64,000 nt of DNA. It comes from an uncultured Candidatus Saccharibacteria bacterium. Lineage in GTDB: Bacteria > Patescibacteriota > Saccharimonadia > Saccharimonadales > CAZMXN01. Below are positions 30,087 through 40,329 of the stretch, piece by piece; the first letter of the stretch is position 1, and each line of letters starts with the position of its first letter. Position numbers and translations under genes: made by a program. The notes below the pieces were generated by a model. That model saw nothing but the letters and a program-made list of their open reading frames with translations, had not been told where the DNA came from and ran no database searches. The stretch covers positions 33,165 through 97,164 of the forward strand of contig CAZMXN010000003.1 of NCBI GenBank assembly GCA_964570275.1, given 5' to 3'.

Positions 30087-31304
30087 ATGTCAGACTACAC
30101 CCAAGCGGTGACGCAGCGACAGAAACGGCTGATAGTGGCTCTAGTCTATGCCCTGTCAGTAGGTCTGACCGGACTCGGACAGGTTTTCTTTGGGATGAAC
30201 GTCTTTGCCGGCCAGATGACCGAACGCCGGATTACCTTGAGTACTTCGGAGGCCGGCGCCTCCTCAACCTATGCCGTCAGCTTTAAGCCGACGGTCACCA
30301 CCAACATCCTCGGTATAGTGGTTGAACTGTGCGTCGACAGCCCGATTATCGGCGTGGCTTGTGATAAGACCAACGGCGTGACCAACGTACCGGTTACCGG
30401 GCAGGTCACGGTGTCGCATAACTCCGGCAGCGAAGACTTTAACGTGCACACCAACTCGACGGCTGACGGGCTGCTGATTCTGTCCCATGCCACCGGGTTG
30501 ACTTCGGTATCGACTTCGGAGGAAGTGACCTTTTCGTTCACGGCCACCAACCCGCCAACGGCCTGCGGCGGCGCCCCGTCGAATCGCTGTTCGTACTACG
30601 GCCGGCTGTTAACATACTCGGCCGAAGCCGACGCCCAAGGCTATGACGACGAAGCACCGGGCTCGTTTATCGACCAGGGCGGTATCGCGCTTAGCACCGC
30701 CAATCAGCTGACCGTTAACGCCCGGGTGCAGGAAGTCCTGCAGTTCTGTGTCGGCACCGATGACGCCAACACGGCCGGTGACGTCACCGACGACTGCAGC
30801 GATATCACCGGGACGGTGATTGACTTAGGTGTCGTGGATTCCACGCTGATTAATGAATCAGCCAATGATGCCGGCAAGGCCATGGTCAGAACCAATGCCG
30901 TCAACGGCGTGGAGATAGTCTATTATGCCGAACAGGAAAACGGCAGCGGTTCACTCAAAGTGCCGGGTGCGACCTGTGCTCCGCCGTCGCTTACCGACCA
31001 GTGTTTTAACAGCGTTGGTACGACCGAAACGGCCATTACCGCCGGGACTGAGAACTTCGGCATGACCTCTACCGGTGTCAATGTCTCGAACGGCATTACC
31101 ACCAATCTGACGCGTGACACGGATTATGACGCCGATGTCGGCTATGCCTGGGATGACAGCGGTTCAACCGATATCCTGGCCTCCTCGACAACAGTTGTAG
31201 ACGACGAGATGCTGGAGCTTAAGTTCGCGGCTACCGCCAGCCCGACCACCCCGACCGGCGCCTATACCGTCACCGCTACCTTCATCGCCACGGCAACGTT
31301 CTAA
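30087..31304 (+). CDS. Secreted two-domain WxL/pilin-like surface protein (paralog A)
   Basis: Signal peptide; Thr/Ser-rich beta domains, paired Cys; IDLG, RTNAVNG, ENFGM, C-terminal GAYTVTATFIATATF. Confidence 0.72.
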   Translation: MSDYTQAVTQRQKRLIVALVYALSVGLTGLGQVFFGMNVFAGQMTERRITLSTSEAGASSTYAVSFKPTVTTNILGIVVELCVDSPIIGVACDKTNGVTNVPVTGQVTVSHNSGSEDFNVHTNSTADGLLILSHATGLTSVSTSEEVTFSFTATNPPTACGGAPSNRCSYYGRLLTYSAEADAQGYDDEAPGSFIDQGGIALSTANQLTVNARVQEVLQFCVGTDDANTAGDVTDDCSDITGTVIDLGVVDSTLINESANDAGKAMVRTNAVNGVEIVYYAEQENGSGSLKVPGATCAPPSLTDQCFNSVGTTETAITAGTENFGMTSTGVNVSNGITTNLTRDTDYDADVGYAWDDSGSTDILASSTTVVDDEMLELKFAATASPTTPTGAYTVTATFIATATF

Positions 31305-31470
31305 ACGCGCCAAGCAGCCGGCGAGAAGCTGCCAATAAGCGGCCGCCAACCGAAGATTGAGAACCGGAGACTTCCCCTTGTACAGAGGCAGCCTTGCTTT
31401 TTAAAGCGGTAGCGCTAATAATTGTTTTTGAGACAAGAGCAATTTAAAAGCAAACAGGGAAGTAGGGGAA

Positions 31471-32691
31471 ATGTTCAACGCTGGGGTCAGGAGCCGCCGT
31501 CTAACCGACGCAGCGACTGCATTTATGCTGATAGCGGCGCTGTTGGCACCAGTTTTCTACCCGCGGGCCGCGGCCGCCGAACAGCTGACGACCCGGAGCA
31601 TCACCCTGGGCAGCTCGGTCGCCGGCGCTACGGATGTGACCTACACGGTCACTTTCACCCAGGCGACCTACGGAGCGGCGCTGGAAGGCATCGTGATTGA
31701 TTTCTGCAGCAACAGCCCGATTGCCGGCCTGACCTGCACGACGCCCGCCGGTTTTGACGTTAATGAAAGCGGTTTGGCGGTGTCAGTCACGGGTATGGAC
31801 GGCGGCACGGCCTTTACTAAACACGCCAACACCGATACCAACACCCTGATTCTGACCCGAACCAACGCCACGCTGCAGACCGCCACCAATAACATAACGG
31901 TTACGCTGGGCGCCGGCGGCGGTTCGGACGGCATTACCAACCCGTCAACGGCTTGTGGCGGCACGCCGGCCGACAAGTGTACGTTTTACGCCCGCATCAT
32001 GACCTATGTCGACGACACCGCGGCGGCGGCCTACACCTCGACCAGCCCGGGCAGCTATCAGGATACGGGCAGCGTGGCGCTTAGTACGGCCAATCAGCTG
32101 ACGATTACGGCCCGGGTCCAGGAAGTTCTGCAGTTCTGCGTCGGCACCGAGGACGCTGATTCCAGCAATGACTGCGCTGACATAACCGGTACGATAATCG
32201 ATCTTGGTGTGGTGGACTCATCGCTGGTGGCGGCCTCGGCGGACGGCGCCGGTAAGGCCATGGTCAGAACCAATGCCGTTAACGGCGTGACAATCGGCTA
32301 TTACGCCGAGCAGAATGCCGGCAGCGGCCAGCTTAAAGTCGCCGGGGCCTCCTGCGCCGGCGGGTCATCGACCGACCAGTGCTTTAACAGCGCCGGCACG
32401 ACAGCCCAGGCGATTGTCGCCGGCACGGAAATGTTTGGCATGCGGGCCAATGCCGTCGATACTTCCAACGGCACGACAACCAACCTGGTACGGGACGCCG
32501 TTTATGCCTCGGCCGACTATGCCTGGGACGACTCCGGCTCACTCGATATAATCGCTTCGTCGGCCGGCTCCGGTGTCAAGGTGGTCGACGATGAGCTGGT
32601 CGAGCTGAAGTTCGCCGCCACGGCCGCCACCACTACTCCGACCGGCGCCTATACCGTTACGGCCACTTTCATCGCCACGGCAACGTTCTAA
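31471..32691 (+). CDS. Secreted two-domain WxL/pilin-like surface protein (paralog B)
   Basis: Signal peptide ending AAA; C-terminal half closely matches 30087-31304, including an identical final TTPTGAYTVTATFIATATF. Confidence 0.72.
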   Translation: MFNAGVRSRRLTDAATAFMLIAALLAPVFYPRAAAAEQLTTRSITLGSSVAGATDVTYTVTFTQATYGAALEGIVIDFCSNSPIAGLTCTTPAGFDVNESGLAVSVTGMDGGTAFTKHANTDTNTLILTRTNATLQTATNNITVTLGAGGGSDGITNPSTACGGTPADKCTFYARIMTYVDDTAAAAYTSTSPGSYQDTGSVALSTANQLTITARVQEVLQFCVGTEDADSSNDCADITGTIIDLGVVDSSLVAASADGAGKAMVRTNAVNGVTIGYYAEQNAGSGQLKVAGASCAGGSSTDQCFNSAGTTAQAIVAGTEMFGMRANAVDTSNGTTTNLVRDAVYASADYAWDDSGSLDIIASSAGSGVKVVDDELVELKFAATAATTTPTGAYTVTATFIATATF

Positions 32692-32743
32692 ACCGCCAAT
32701 CCGCCAGGGAGCCAGGCATTAGCGTATAATGGATGTTTAGAAT

Positions 32744-33784
32744 ATGCAGTCGGCAGTACGCAGAAAAATAATGGCCACGATCGGTCTGGTGACCTTACTG
32801 GTCGCGGCAGCGGCCCCGCCGGTTGCCGCCGGTAACCTGGCCAACCGGTCGCTGCGCGTCAGTACATCGGTGCCGGGCGTCGAGGCGTCGCATGAATTCC
32901 GGTTCACTTATCCGGGTACCGACCCGGTCGGATCGGTAGTGTTCGAGTATTGTCAGAACTCACCGCTGTTTGATCTGCCGTGCATTCCGCCGGCTGGCTT
33001 TGACGCTTTAGCCGGTAACCTGGGCGACCAGACCGGCGACACCGGCTTCAGTCTGCATGGCAGCACCACGGCCAACCGGATTGTTATCAGTCGCCCGCCG
33101 GCCGCCACCACCCCGGGGGAATCGCGCTATGTCTTCGCCCAGGTAATCAACCCCTCAACGCCCAGCCAGTCGGTTTACGTGCGGATTTCGACTTACGGCA
33201 GCGACGATGCCACGGGCCTGCCGGTTGATCAGGGCGCCCTGGTCTTCAGCACCGCCGGGGGATTGGGCGTCACGGCTTATGTGCCGCCTTATCTGGTGTT
33301 TTGCGTGGCCGTCAACGTCAGCGTGGACTGCTCGCAAACGGCCGGCAACTATCTGACTCTCGGTACGCTCACTGCCCGGTCGGCGGCGGCGGCTGCCAGC
33401 CAGATGGCGGCTTATACCAATGACGAGACCGGCTACGTCATCTCGGCCCTGGGCACATCCATGACTTCCGGTAATAACTTTATTCCGCCGCTGCTTAACC
33501 CCACTGCCAGCAATCCCGGTACGTCCCAGTTCGGCATCAATTTAAGGGGCAATTCGAATCCGGCCGTCGGCGAAGACCCGGACGGCAGCGGGACCGGCCT
33601 GGCCATGACCGGTTACGACTCGCCGAACCTGTTCAAATTTAACAGCGGCGATATCGTGGCCAGTTCGCTGCTGCCCACCGAATCCAACCGCTACACCGTC
33701 AGTTATCTGGTTAACGTCCCCGAAGGTCAGCCGCCGGGCATCTACACCACCACCCTGACTTACGTGGCCGTCGCCCAGTTTTAA
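32744..33784 (+). CDS. Secreted two-domain WxL/pilin-like surface protein (paralog C)
   Basis: Signal peptide; LANRSL, FEYCQNSPL, SQFGINL, C-terminal GIYTTTLTYVAVAQF. Confidence 0.72.
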   Translation: MQSAVRRKIMATIGLVTLLVAAAAPPVAAGNLANRSLRVSTSVPGVEASHEFRFTYPGTDPVGSVVFEYCQNSPLFDLPCIPPAGFDALAGNLGDQTGDTGFSLHGSTTANRIVISRPPAATTPGESRYVFAQVINPSTPSQSVYVRISTYGSDDATGLPVDQGALVFSTAGGLGVTAYVPPYLVFCVAVNVSVDCSQTAGNYLTLGTLTARSAAAAASQMAAYTNDETGYVISALGTSMTSGNNFIPPLLNPTASNPGTSQFGINLRGNSNPAVGEDPDGSGTGLAMTGYDSPNLFKFNSGDIVASSLLPTESNRYTVSYLVNVPEGQPPGIYTTTLTYVAVAQF

Positions 33785-33883
33785 ACTTAAGCGTGGCCCG
33801 CAAAAAAATGTTTCGCTTTTATCGGCTTGTTGCTAGAATAACCATCAAGCATCAATTGCAAAATACGGAGGGTTCGCTTTTTT

Positions 33884-34873
33884 ATGAACATGCTTAAGTC
33901 AGTCGGCCGGGCGCTGGGCTATATGCTGCTGCTCGGCTTATTTGTTGGCGGGACGACGGTGCTCGCCCAGGATTCGCAGAATCCCGGCAGCGGCCTGCAG
34001 ATAACCCCTACCCGTCACGAAGTTACCATTGAACCCGGCGCGGCCAGCACCATAACCATCGGGCTTAAGAATGTGTCAGGCGGCGAGGTGGTCGCCCAGG
34101 CCATCGTTAATGATTTTGAGCCGGATGACGATACCGGCGCGCCGCGGATCAATCCGGATGTCAACGCCGAAGGGCCGACCAGCATCAAGCCGTTCCTGCA
34201 GGGCCTCGAAGATGTGCCGCTGGCGGACGACGAGACCAAAGAGGTGACCCTTACTTTGAGCCTGCCGGAAGGCGTGTCGCCGGGGGCCTACTACGGTGTT
34301 ATCCGCTATCAGGCCGTGCCGGTGGAGGCGGGCGGCGAACCCGGTCAGGTCTCCCTGACGGCCAGTGTCGGTTCGATTGTTTTACTGGAAGTGCCGGGCA
34401 ACATCACTAAAAGCATGCGTCTGGATGCGCTCAGAGTCGAGCGTGACGGCGCAGCCAAGTCGCTGTTTTTCCTGGACGCGCCGGACCAGGCGGTTTTGAG
34501 CGTTACCAACACCGGCAACAGCTACATCAAGCCGTTCGGCAAGATCTCGATCAGCAAATCAGGCGACGAAGTTTACAGCTACGAGCTCAACAATGTCGAA
34601 CCGCGCGGTAACGTTCTGCCGGATTCGCTGCGTAATTTCCGCCACAGTGAAGACGAGTTTAAAAAGAAAGTCAGCGGTTTTGGCCGCTACACCATGGTCG
34701 CCAACATCGGTTTTGACGAGGGCAGCGAGGTGCTGACGATCACCGCGAGCTTCTGGGTAATTCCCCTGTGGTTCGTCATCACCGTTCTTGTGGTGCTGGT
34801 GCTCATCGCCGCCGCCGTATTCTACTTGCGCCGCAAGTCGCGGGCCGGCCATCCCCGCCGCGTCCGTCGCTGA
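33884..34873 (+). CDS. DUF916/WxL-interacting-protein-like membrane-anchored Ig-fold protein
   Basis: Signal peptide; ITP..EVTIEPG, LKN, P.GVSPGAYYGVI, VTNTGN.YIKPFG, GRYT, FWVIP, TM and basic tail. Confidence 0.7.
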   Translation: MNMLKSVGRALGYMLLLGLFVGGTTVLAQDSQNPGSGLQITPTRHEVTIEPGAASTITIGLKNVSGGEVVAQAIVNDFEPDDDTGAPRINPDVNAEGPTSIKPFLQGLEDVPLADDETKEVTLTLSLPEGVSPGAYYGVIRYQAVPVEAGGEPGQVSLTASVGSIVLLEVPGNITKSMRLDALRVERDGAAKSLFFLDAPDQAVLSVTNTGNSYIKPFGKISISKSGDEVYSYELNNVEPRGNVLPDSLRNFRHSEDEFKKKVSGFGRYTMVANIGFDEGSEVLTITASFWVIPLWFVITVLVVLVLIAAAVFYLRRKSRAGHPRRVRR

Positions 34874-34968
34874 CCGCCTGGCGTGCAAAAGCTGCCCGCC
34901 TTCCTTTACTCTGCTCGCGCTTAAAGCTGTCCCCGTGCTAAGATAAGGATAAGCATTAAACGAGTGAC

Positions 34969-35856
34969 ATGACACTAAGCCTGCATCAAAAAATATTCCT
35001 TAGCGGCGTCCTGATTCTGACCCTGGCTATCTGCGGGCTTTGGCCGGCCCGATCGGCTAGCGCCCAGTCCACCCAGAGCGGCTCAATCGGTATCGAGGGC
35101 ACCGTGCCGGGCGACCCGCCGACCCAGGGCGCGGTGATTTCCTTTCCGACAAACGGCCAGACGTTCAGCCAGACGCCGATCACGGTGAGGGGTATTTGCC
35201 CCGACGGTCTGCTGATCAAATTGTTTAAAAACAACGTGTTCGGCGGCTCGGTCGATTGCGCAAACGGCAGTTTCTCGATTGTGACCGATTTGTTTGACGG
35301 CCAGAACGACCTTGTTGCCAGGGTGTACGACGCTCTGGACCAGGCCGGTCCGGACTCGCCGACGGTGACGGTGACTTTCGATGATCCGCGGACCGTGCCG
35401 GGCCCGCGGGTGTCGCTGTCCAGCAACTACGCTAAACGCGGGGCCGATCCGGGCCAGACCCTGACCTGGCCAATCATCCTAAGCGGCGGCACCGGGCCGT
35501 ATGCTATCAGCGTCGATTGGGGTGACGGCTCCGAAGCCAGCCTGATCAGCCAGCCGTTTCCCGGCAGTTTCGACCTTGAGCATGTCTACGAGGCGGCCGG
35601 TGTTTACAACATCATCATCAAAGCCACCGACGTGGACGGCTTTACGGCTTATCTGCAGGTGGTAGGGGTGGGCAACGGCCCGCTCGGTCAGACCGGTGAT
35701 ACGGCCGATGCCGACGCCCAGACGATTGTCCGGACGGTTATCATCTGGCAGCCGCTGGTGTTGTTTGTCATCCTGCTATTTCTGGCGTTCTGGCTGGGCC
35801 GGCGGCACAGCCTGTACGCCCTGCGCCGTCAGCTGGAAGAGAGCAGCCGGCGATAA
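34969..35856 (+). CDS. Membrane-anchored Ig-like/PKD domain protein
   Basis: Signal peptide; LFDGQNDLVA Ig-like segment; VDWGDG...HVY...GVY PKD motif; C-terminal TM. Confidence 0.78.
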   Translation: MTLSLHQKIFLSGVLILTLAICGLWPARSASAQSTQSGSIGIEGTVPGDPPTQGAVISFPTNGQTFSQTPITVRGICPDGLLIKLFKNNVFGGSVDCANGSFSIVTDLFDGQNDLVARVYDALDQAGPDSPTVTVTFDDPRTVPGPRVSLSSNYAKRGADPGQTLTWPIILSGGTGPYAISVDWGDGSEASLISQPFPGSFDLEHVYEAAGVYNIIIKATDVDGFTAYLQVVGVGNGPLGQTGDTADADAQTIVRTVIIWQPLVLFVILLFLAFWLGRRHSLYALRRQLEESSRR

Positions 35857-35877
35857 TCTGTTAAAATAGGCTGCGAT

Positions 35878-36972
35878 ATGTCAAAGAAGGTTTACGTCGG
35901 TATGAGCGGCGGGGTGGACTCGTCGGTGACAGCGGCTTTGCTGAAAGAGCAGGGACACAACGTCACGGGCGTGTTCATGAAGAACTGGACGCAGGATCTG
36001 CCCGGTTTCGACTGCCCCTGGAAAGCAGATTATCAGGACGCCAAGCGGGTGGCCGTCCAGCTAGGCATTGATTTTAAGGTTTACGATTTCCAGGATGAGT
36101 ACCGCCGTAAAGTCGTCGATTATATGATTGACGAGTATAAAGCCGGCCGCACGCCCAACCCCGACATCATGTGTAACCAGGAAGTTAAGTTCAAGCTGTT
36201 TCTTGAGACGGCGCTGGAGGACGGCGCCGAATTAATCGCCACCGGGCACTATAGCCGCGTCGCGGTCGGTCCACAGCTGACAGACAACCGACATCAGTTT
36301 CAACTGCTTACTGCCCGGAATACCGATAAGGACCAGTCCTACTTTTTGTATAGGGTGCCGGAGACGGCTCTTCAAAACAGCCTGATGCCAATCGGCGAGT
36401 TTCCGACCAAGGATGAAGTCAGGACGCTGGCCAGAAAATTCAAGCTCTATACGGCCGACAAGAAAGACAGCCAGGGCATCTGTTTTGTCGGCCGGGTGGG
36501 GATTAAGGAGTTTTTGCAGCAGTTTGTCGAGACCGAAGCCGGGCCGATCATTGACCAGCACGGTGCGACGATTGGCCAACACGACGGGGCGATTTTTTAC
36601 ACCATCGGCCAGCGTAAAGGCCTGCACGTCGGCGGCGGCCTGCCATACTACGTCGCCGGCAAGGACATGGACAAAAACATCGTTTATGTAACGACCGATC
36701 TGTCGGACGATAAGCTCTGGCGGCAGGAGCTCAAGCTGACCGATGTTCACTGGATCAACGGGCAGCCGGATCCAAGCCGGAAGTATCAGATACGCACCAG
36801 ATACCGGGCGCCACTGGTAGCGTGTACGCTAGATATAGCGCCTTCAACCGGCAATAATGACCAAACGACGCTACAGGTAGCGTTATCGGAGGCGGTGCGG
36901 GCCATAACGCCCGGCCAGTCGGCGGTGGTTTACGACGGCGAGCGGGTCTTGGGCGGCGGCATCGTCCTGTAG
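35878..36972 (+). CDS. mnmA: tRNA 2-thiouridine(34) synthase MnmA
   Basis: MSGGVDSS, TPNPDIMCN, ATGHY, KDQSYFL, DSQGICF, TIGQRKG, TPGQ. Confidence 0.97.
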   Translation: MSKKVYVGMSGGVDSSVTAALLKEQGHNVTGVFMKNWTQDLPGFDCPWKADYQDAKRVAVQLGIDFKVYDFQDEYRRKVVDYMIDEYKAGRTPNPDIMCNQEVKFKLFLETALEDGAELIATGHYSRVAVGPQLTDNRHQFQLLTARNTDKDQSYFLYRVPETALQNSLMPIGEFPTKDEVRTLARKFKLYTADKKDSQGICFVGRVGIKEFLQQFVETEAGPIIDQHGATIGQHDGAIFYTIGQRKGLHVGGGLPYYVAGKDMDKNIVYVTTDLSDDKLWRQELKLTDVHWINGQPDPSRKYQIRTRYRAPLVACTLDIAPSTGNNDQTTLQVALSEAVRAITPGQSAVVYDGERVLGGGIVL

Positions 36973-37048
36973 TTCCTGGTTATAAATGCGCATGGTCATT
37001 GACGGCTGGAGCCAAAGACCAACTCTTCTTCTGCTACAATTAGAGGAT

Positions 37049-38950
37049 ATGACAGCACAGGAGATCAGACAGGCCTATTTGAGTTTCTTTAAAGAGCGCG
37101 GGCACGCCGTGATTCCGCGGGCCCAGCTGGTGCCGCAGGATGACCCGACCACGCTGTTTACCGGCTCCGGCATGCAGCCGCTGATACCGTATTTGCTCGG
37201 CGAGCCGCATCCGGAAGGCACCCGGCTGGTCGACAGCCAGACCTGTTTAAGAGCCCAGGATATCGATGAAGTCGGCGACAACCGCCACACCACGTTTTTT
37301 GAGATGCTCGGCAACTGGAGTTTGGGCGACTACTTCAAGGCCGAACAGCTGCCGTGGTTCTTTGAGTTCCTGACCGAGGTGATCGGGCTGGACCCGAACA
37401 AGCTTTATGTTACCTGCTTTATCGGCGATGAGGCCAGCAGTATCCCTAAAGACACCGAAAGCGCCGCTATCTGGCGGGAACTGTTTAAGTCGAAAGGCGT
37501 TGAAGCCAAGGAGGTTGAGATTGGCCCCGAAGCTGACGGTTACGCCAAGGGCATGCAAGGCGGTCGGATATTCTTCTACGACGCCAGCAAGAACTGGTGG
37601 TGCCGGGCCGGCTCAATCGATGACATGCCGGTCGGCGAGCCGGGCGGTCCGGACAGCGAGGTGTTTTATGAATTCGACCACATCGAGCACGATCCGGATT
37701 ATGGCGCCAACTGTCACCCCAATTGTGACTGCGGCCGCTTTATGGAGATCGGCAATTCAGTGTTCATGGAATATGTCCGCACCGACAGCGGCTTTGACAA
37801 GCTGCCCAAGCGCAACGTCGACTTCGGCGGCGGCCTGGAGCGCATTGCCGCGGCGGCCATCAACAACCCTGACGTCTTTAGGATCAGCCTGCTGGAGCCG
37901 ATCATTGAGGAGCTGGAAAAGCTGTCCGGCAAAAAGTACGACAGCTATACCACCGGGATGCGGGTGATTGCCGATCACTTGCGCGGCGCGGTCTTCCTGG
38001 CCGTCGACGGCGTCAGCCCGAGCAACAAGGAGCAGGGTTACGTGATGCGCCGGCTGATGCGCCGGGCGATCCGCTTCGCTTTCGAACTGGGCGTGGAACA
38101 GAACTTCATGGAACGGATCGTGCCGGTCATTGCCGACATCTATCAGGCCGATTTTCCGGAAGTAGCCGACAAGCGCAAAGAGGTGGTGTCAATTCTTATC
38201 AAAGAGGAAAAAGCCTTCCGCCAGACGTTGCGCAAGGGGCTGAGGGAATTCGAGCGCCTGTTTGGCGCCGGCGACCAAAAGTCGAAAGCCAGAAGTCACG
38301 GCGAAGCCATTTTCCAGCTGTATGACACCTACGGCTTTCCGGTCGAGCTCAGTACCGAGGAAGCTTTCAAGCAGGGAATTGAACTGGAAGACAACTGGCG
38401 GCAGGAGTTCGAAGCCAAAATGGCCGAGCAGCGGCAGCGCAGCCAAACCGCCGCTAAAGGAACTTTCAAGGGCGGCCTTGGCGGGCACTCCGACATGCAC
38501 AAGAAATACCACACCGCCACGCATCTGATGTATCGGGCGCTGCGCGAAGTCCTGGGCGACCATGTGGTCCAGCGCGGCAGCAACATCACCGATGAACGGC
38601 TGCGCTTTGATTTCAGCCATCCCGAAAAAATGACACCCGACCAAATCAAACAGGTCGAGGATATTGTCAATGAGCGTATCGGGATGGATCTTAAGGTGTC
38701 GTTTGAGGAGTTGCCAACCGACGAAGCCCTGGCCCGCGGCGCCTACGGCGCGTTTGGCGACAAGTACGGTGACACCGTCAAGGTTTACTCGATGAAGGAT
38801 GACAAGGGGCGGGCTTACAGCTTTGAGATTTGCGGCGGCCCCCATGTTGAGCACACCGGCGAACTCGGTCAGGACGGTAAGCGGCTTAAAATCACCAAAG
38901 AAGAAAGCTCGTCAGCCGGCGTACGGCGAATCAAGGCGGTGCTGCGCTAG
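37049..38950 (+). CDS. alaS: Alanine--tRNA ligase (short form lacking the C-Ala domain)
   Basis: DPTTLFTGSGMQ, HTTFFEMLGNWS, GLERI, ADHLR, YDTYGFP, HTATH and CGGPH editing motifs, GVRRI at the terminus; start at ATG 37049. Confidence 0.97.
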   Translation: MTAQEIRQAYLSFFKERGHAVIPRAQLVPQDDPTTLFTGSGMQPLIPYLLGEPHPEGTRLVDSQTCLRAQDIDEVGDNRHTTFFEMLGNWSLGDYFKAEQLPWFFEFLTEVIGLDPNKLYVTCFIGDEASSIPKDTESAAIWRELFKSKGVEAKEVEIGPEADGYAKGMQGGRIFFYDASKNWWCRAGSIDDMPVGEPGGPDSEVFYEFDHIEHDPDYGANCHPNCDCGRFMEIGNSVFMEYVRTDSGFDKLPKRNVDFGGGLERIAAAAINNPDVFRISLLEPIIEELEKLSGKKYDSYTTGMRVIADHLRGAVFLAVDGVSPSNKEQGYVMRRLMRRAIRFAFELGVEQNFMERIVPVIADIYQADFPEVADKRKEVVSILIKEEKAFRQTLRKGLREFERLFGAGDQKSKARSHGEAIFQLYDTYGFPVELSTEEAFKQGIELEDNWRQEFEAKMAEQRQRSQTAAKGTFKGGLGGHSDMHKKYHTATHLMYRALREVLGDHVVQRGSNITDERLRFDFSHPEKMTPDQIKQVEDIVNERIGMDLKVSFEELPTDEALARGAYGAFGDKYGDTVKVYSMKDDKGRAYSFEICGGPHVEHTGELGQDGKRLKITKEESSSAGVRRIKAVLR

Positions 38951-39006
38951 AAAAACCGCGTGGCCGCCCCCGCTATAGCATTACCGGTAACATGATATAA
39001 TGCAGG

Positions 39007-40329
39007 GTGACAATGCTAGGCAAAATTAAACACCGGGTCAGCGGTCTATCGGCCGCCAAAAACAAAAAATCCGCCGAGCGCTACGTAGTGGCGCTGGACA
39101 TCGGTACGGAGTTTGTCAAGGCGCTGATCGGCCGGGTGATCGACACGCCGGACAATCGCAAATCACAGCTCAGTATCGAAATTATTGGCGTGGGCCGGGC
39201 CCGTCAGCAACTTTCCGACATGCAGGCCGGCGCCATCGCCGATATTGCCGGCGTGGTGACGAATTGCGATAAGGCTCTGGCCGAGGCCGAGACTCAGGCC
39301 GGCGTCAGCGCCAAGTCGGCGGTGATCGGTATTGCCGGCGAACTGGTCAAGGGTACGACTTTAAGCGTGCGCTGCACCCGGAAAGATCCCAAAAAGCCGC
39401 TTGACGTCGAGGAAATCGAACAGATTATCGGTCTGGTTCAAGCAAGAGCGCTGAAAAAGGCCAAAGCCAGCCTGGCCTGGGAGCTGGGCGGTAAGGATGT
39501 CGAGGTGCAGCTGGTCAACAGTGCGCTGGTCGGTATTCAGATTGACGGCTACGAAGTGACCAATCCGGTCGGCTTCCAGGGGCGGGATGTCACCGTCCAG
39601 TTGTACACGGCGTTCGCGCCATTGATTCATATCGGCGCGCTGGAGAGAACGGCTACTGAACTCGATCTTGATCTGCTGGCCGTGGCGGCCGAACCGTTCG
39701 CCGTGGCCCGGTCGATTGTCGGCGACGACCCCAATGCCACGATGAGCGCGATTCTGATGGACGTCGGCGGCGGCACGACCGACATCGCCGTTGTCAACGA
39801 CGGCGGCGTCCAGGGCACCAAGATGTTCGGCATCGGCGGCCGGGCTTATACCCGATCGGTCGAGCGGCAGCTTAACGTCAGCTTCGAAGCGGCCGAGCAG
39901 CTCAAGCTGGAACTGGCTGACAACAAAGTGCCCCGCAGCAAAGTGCCGGCCGTTGAAAAGGCTCTTAGTAAGACACTGGATGTCTGGGTGAGCGGTGTCG
40001 AGCTGGCGCTCGGCGAATTCACCAATCTCGAACATCTGCCGCACCGGGTGCTGTTGTGCGGCGGCGGCGCCAGTCTGGACCTGCTGACCGATTCACTGGC
40101 GGAAAACGACTGGTACCGGGCCCTGCCGTTTACGCGCAAGCCGGCTATCCAGCTCATCCAGCCGGAGCAGGTTGTCGGTATCATTGACAAAACCGGAACG
40201 CTCATTGATCATACATTCATAACCGCAATGGGCTTGCTTAGAGTCGGTCTCGATACCTTGCAGCAGGATGATACTTCCCGCGAAGGCCGCAACTTCAAGG
40301 AGCGCATCGACAGGATATTACGGGTATGA
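39007..40329 (+). CDS. FtsA-like actin-family ATPase
   Basis: LDIGTEFVK, MDVGGGTTD, IGGRAYT, AEQLK, LCGGGA; not adjacent to ftsZ. Confidence 0.85.
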   Translation: MTMLGKIKHRVSGLSAAKNKKSAERYVVALDIGTEFVKALIGRVIDTPDNRKSQLSIEIIGVGRARQQLSDMQAGAIADIAGVVTNCDKALAEAETQAGVSAKSAVIGIAGELVKGTTLSVRCTRKDPKKPLDVEEIEQIIGLVQARALKKAKASLAWELGGKDVEVQLVNSALVGIQIDGYEVTNPVGFQGRDVTVQLYTAFAPLIHIGALERTATELDLDLLAVAAEPFAVARSIVGDDPNATMSAILMDVGGGTTDIAVVNDGGVQGTKMFGIGGRAYTRSVERQLNVSFEAAEQLKLELADNKVPRSKVPAVEKALSKTLDVWVSGVELALGEFTNLEHLPHRVLLCGGGASLDLLTDSLAENDWYRALPFTRKPAIQLIQPEQVVGIIDKTGTLIDHTFITAMGLLRVGLDTLQQDDTSREGRNFKERIDRILRV

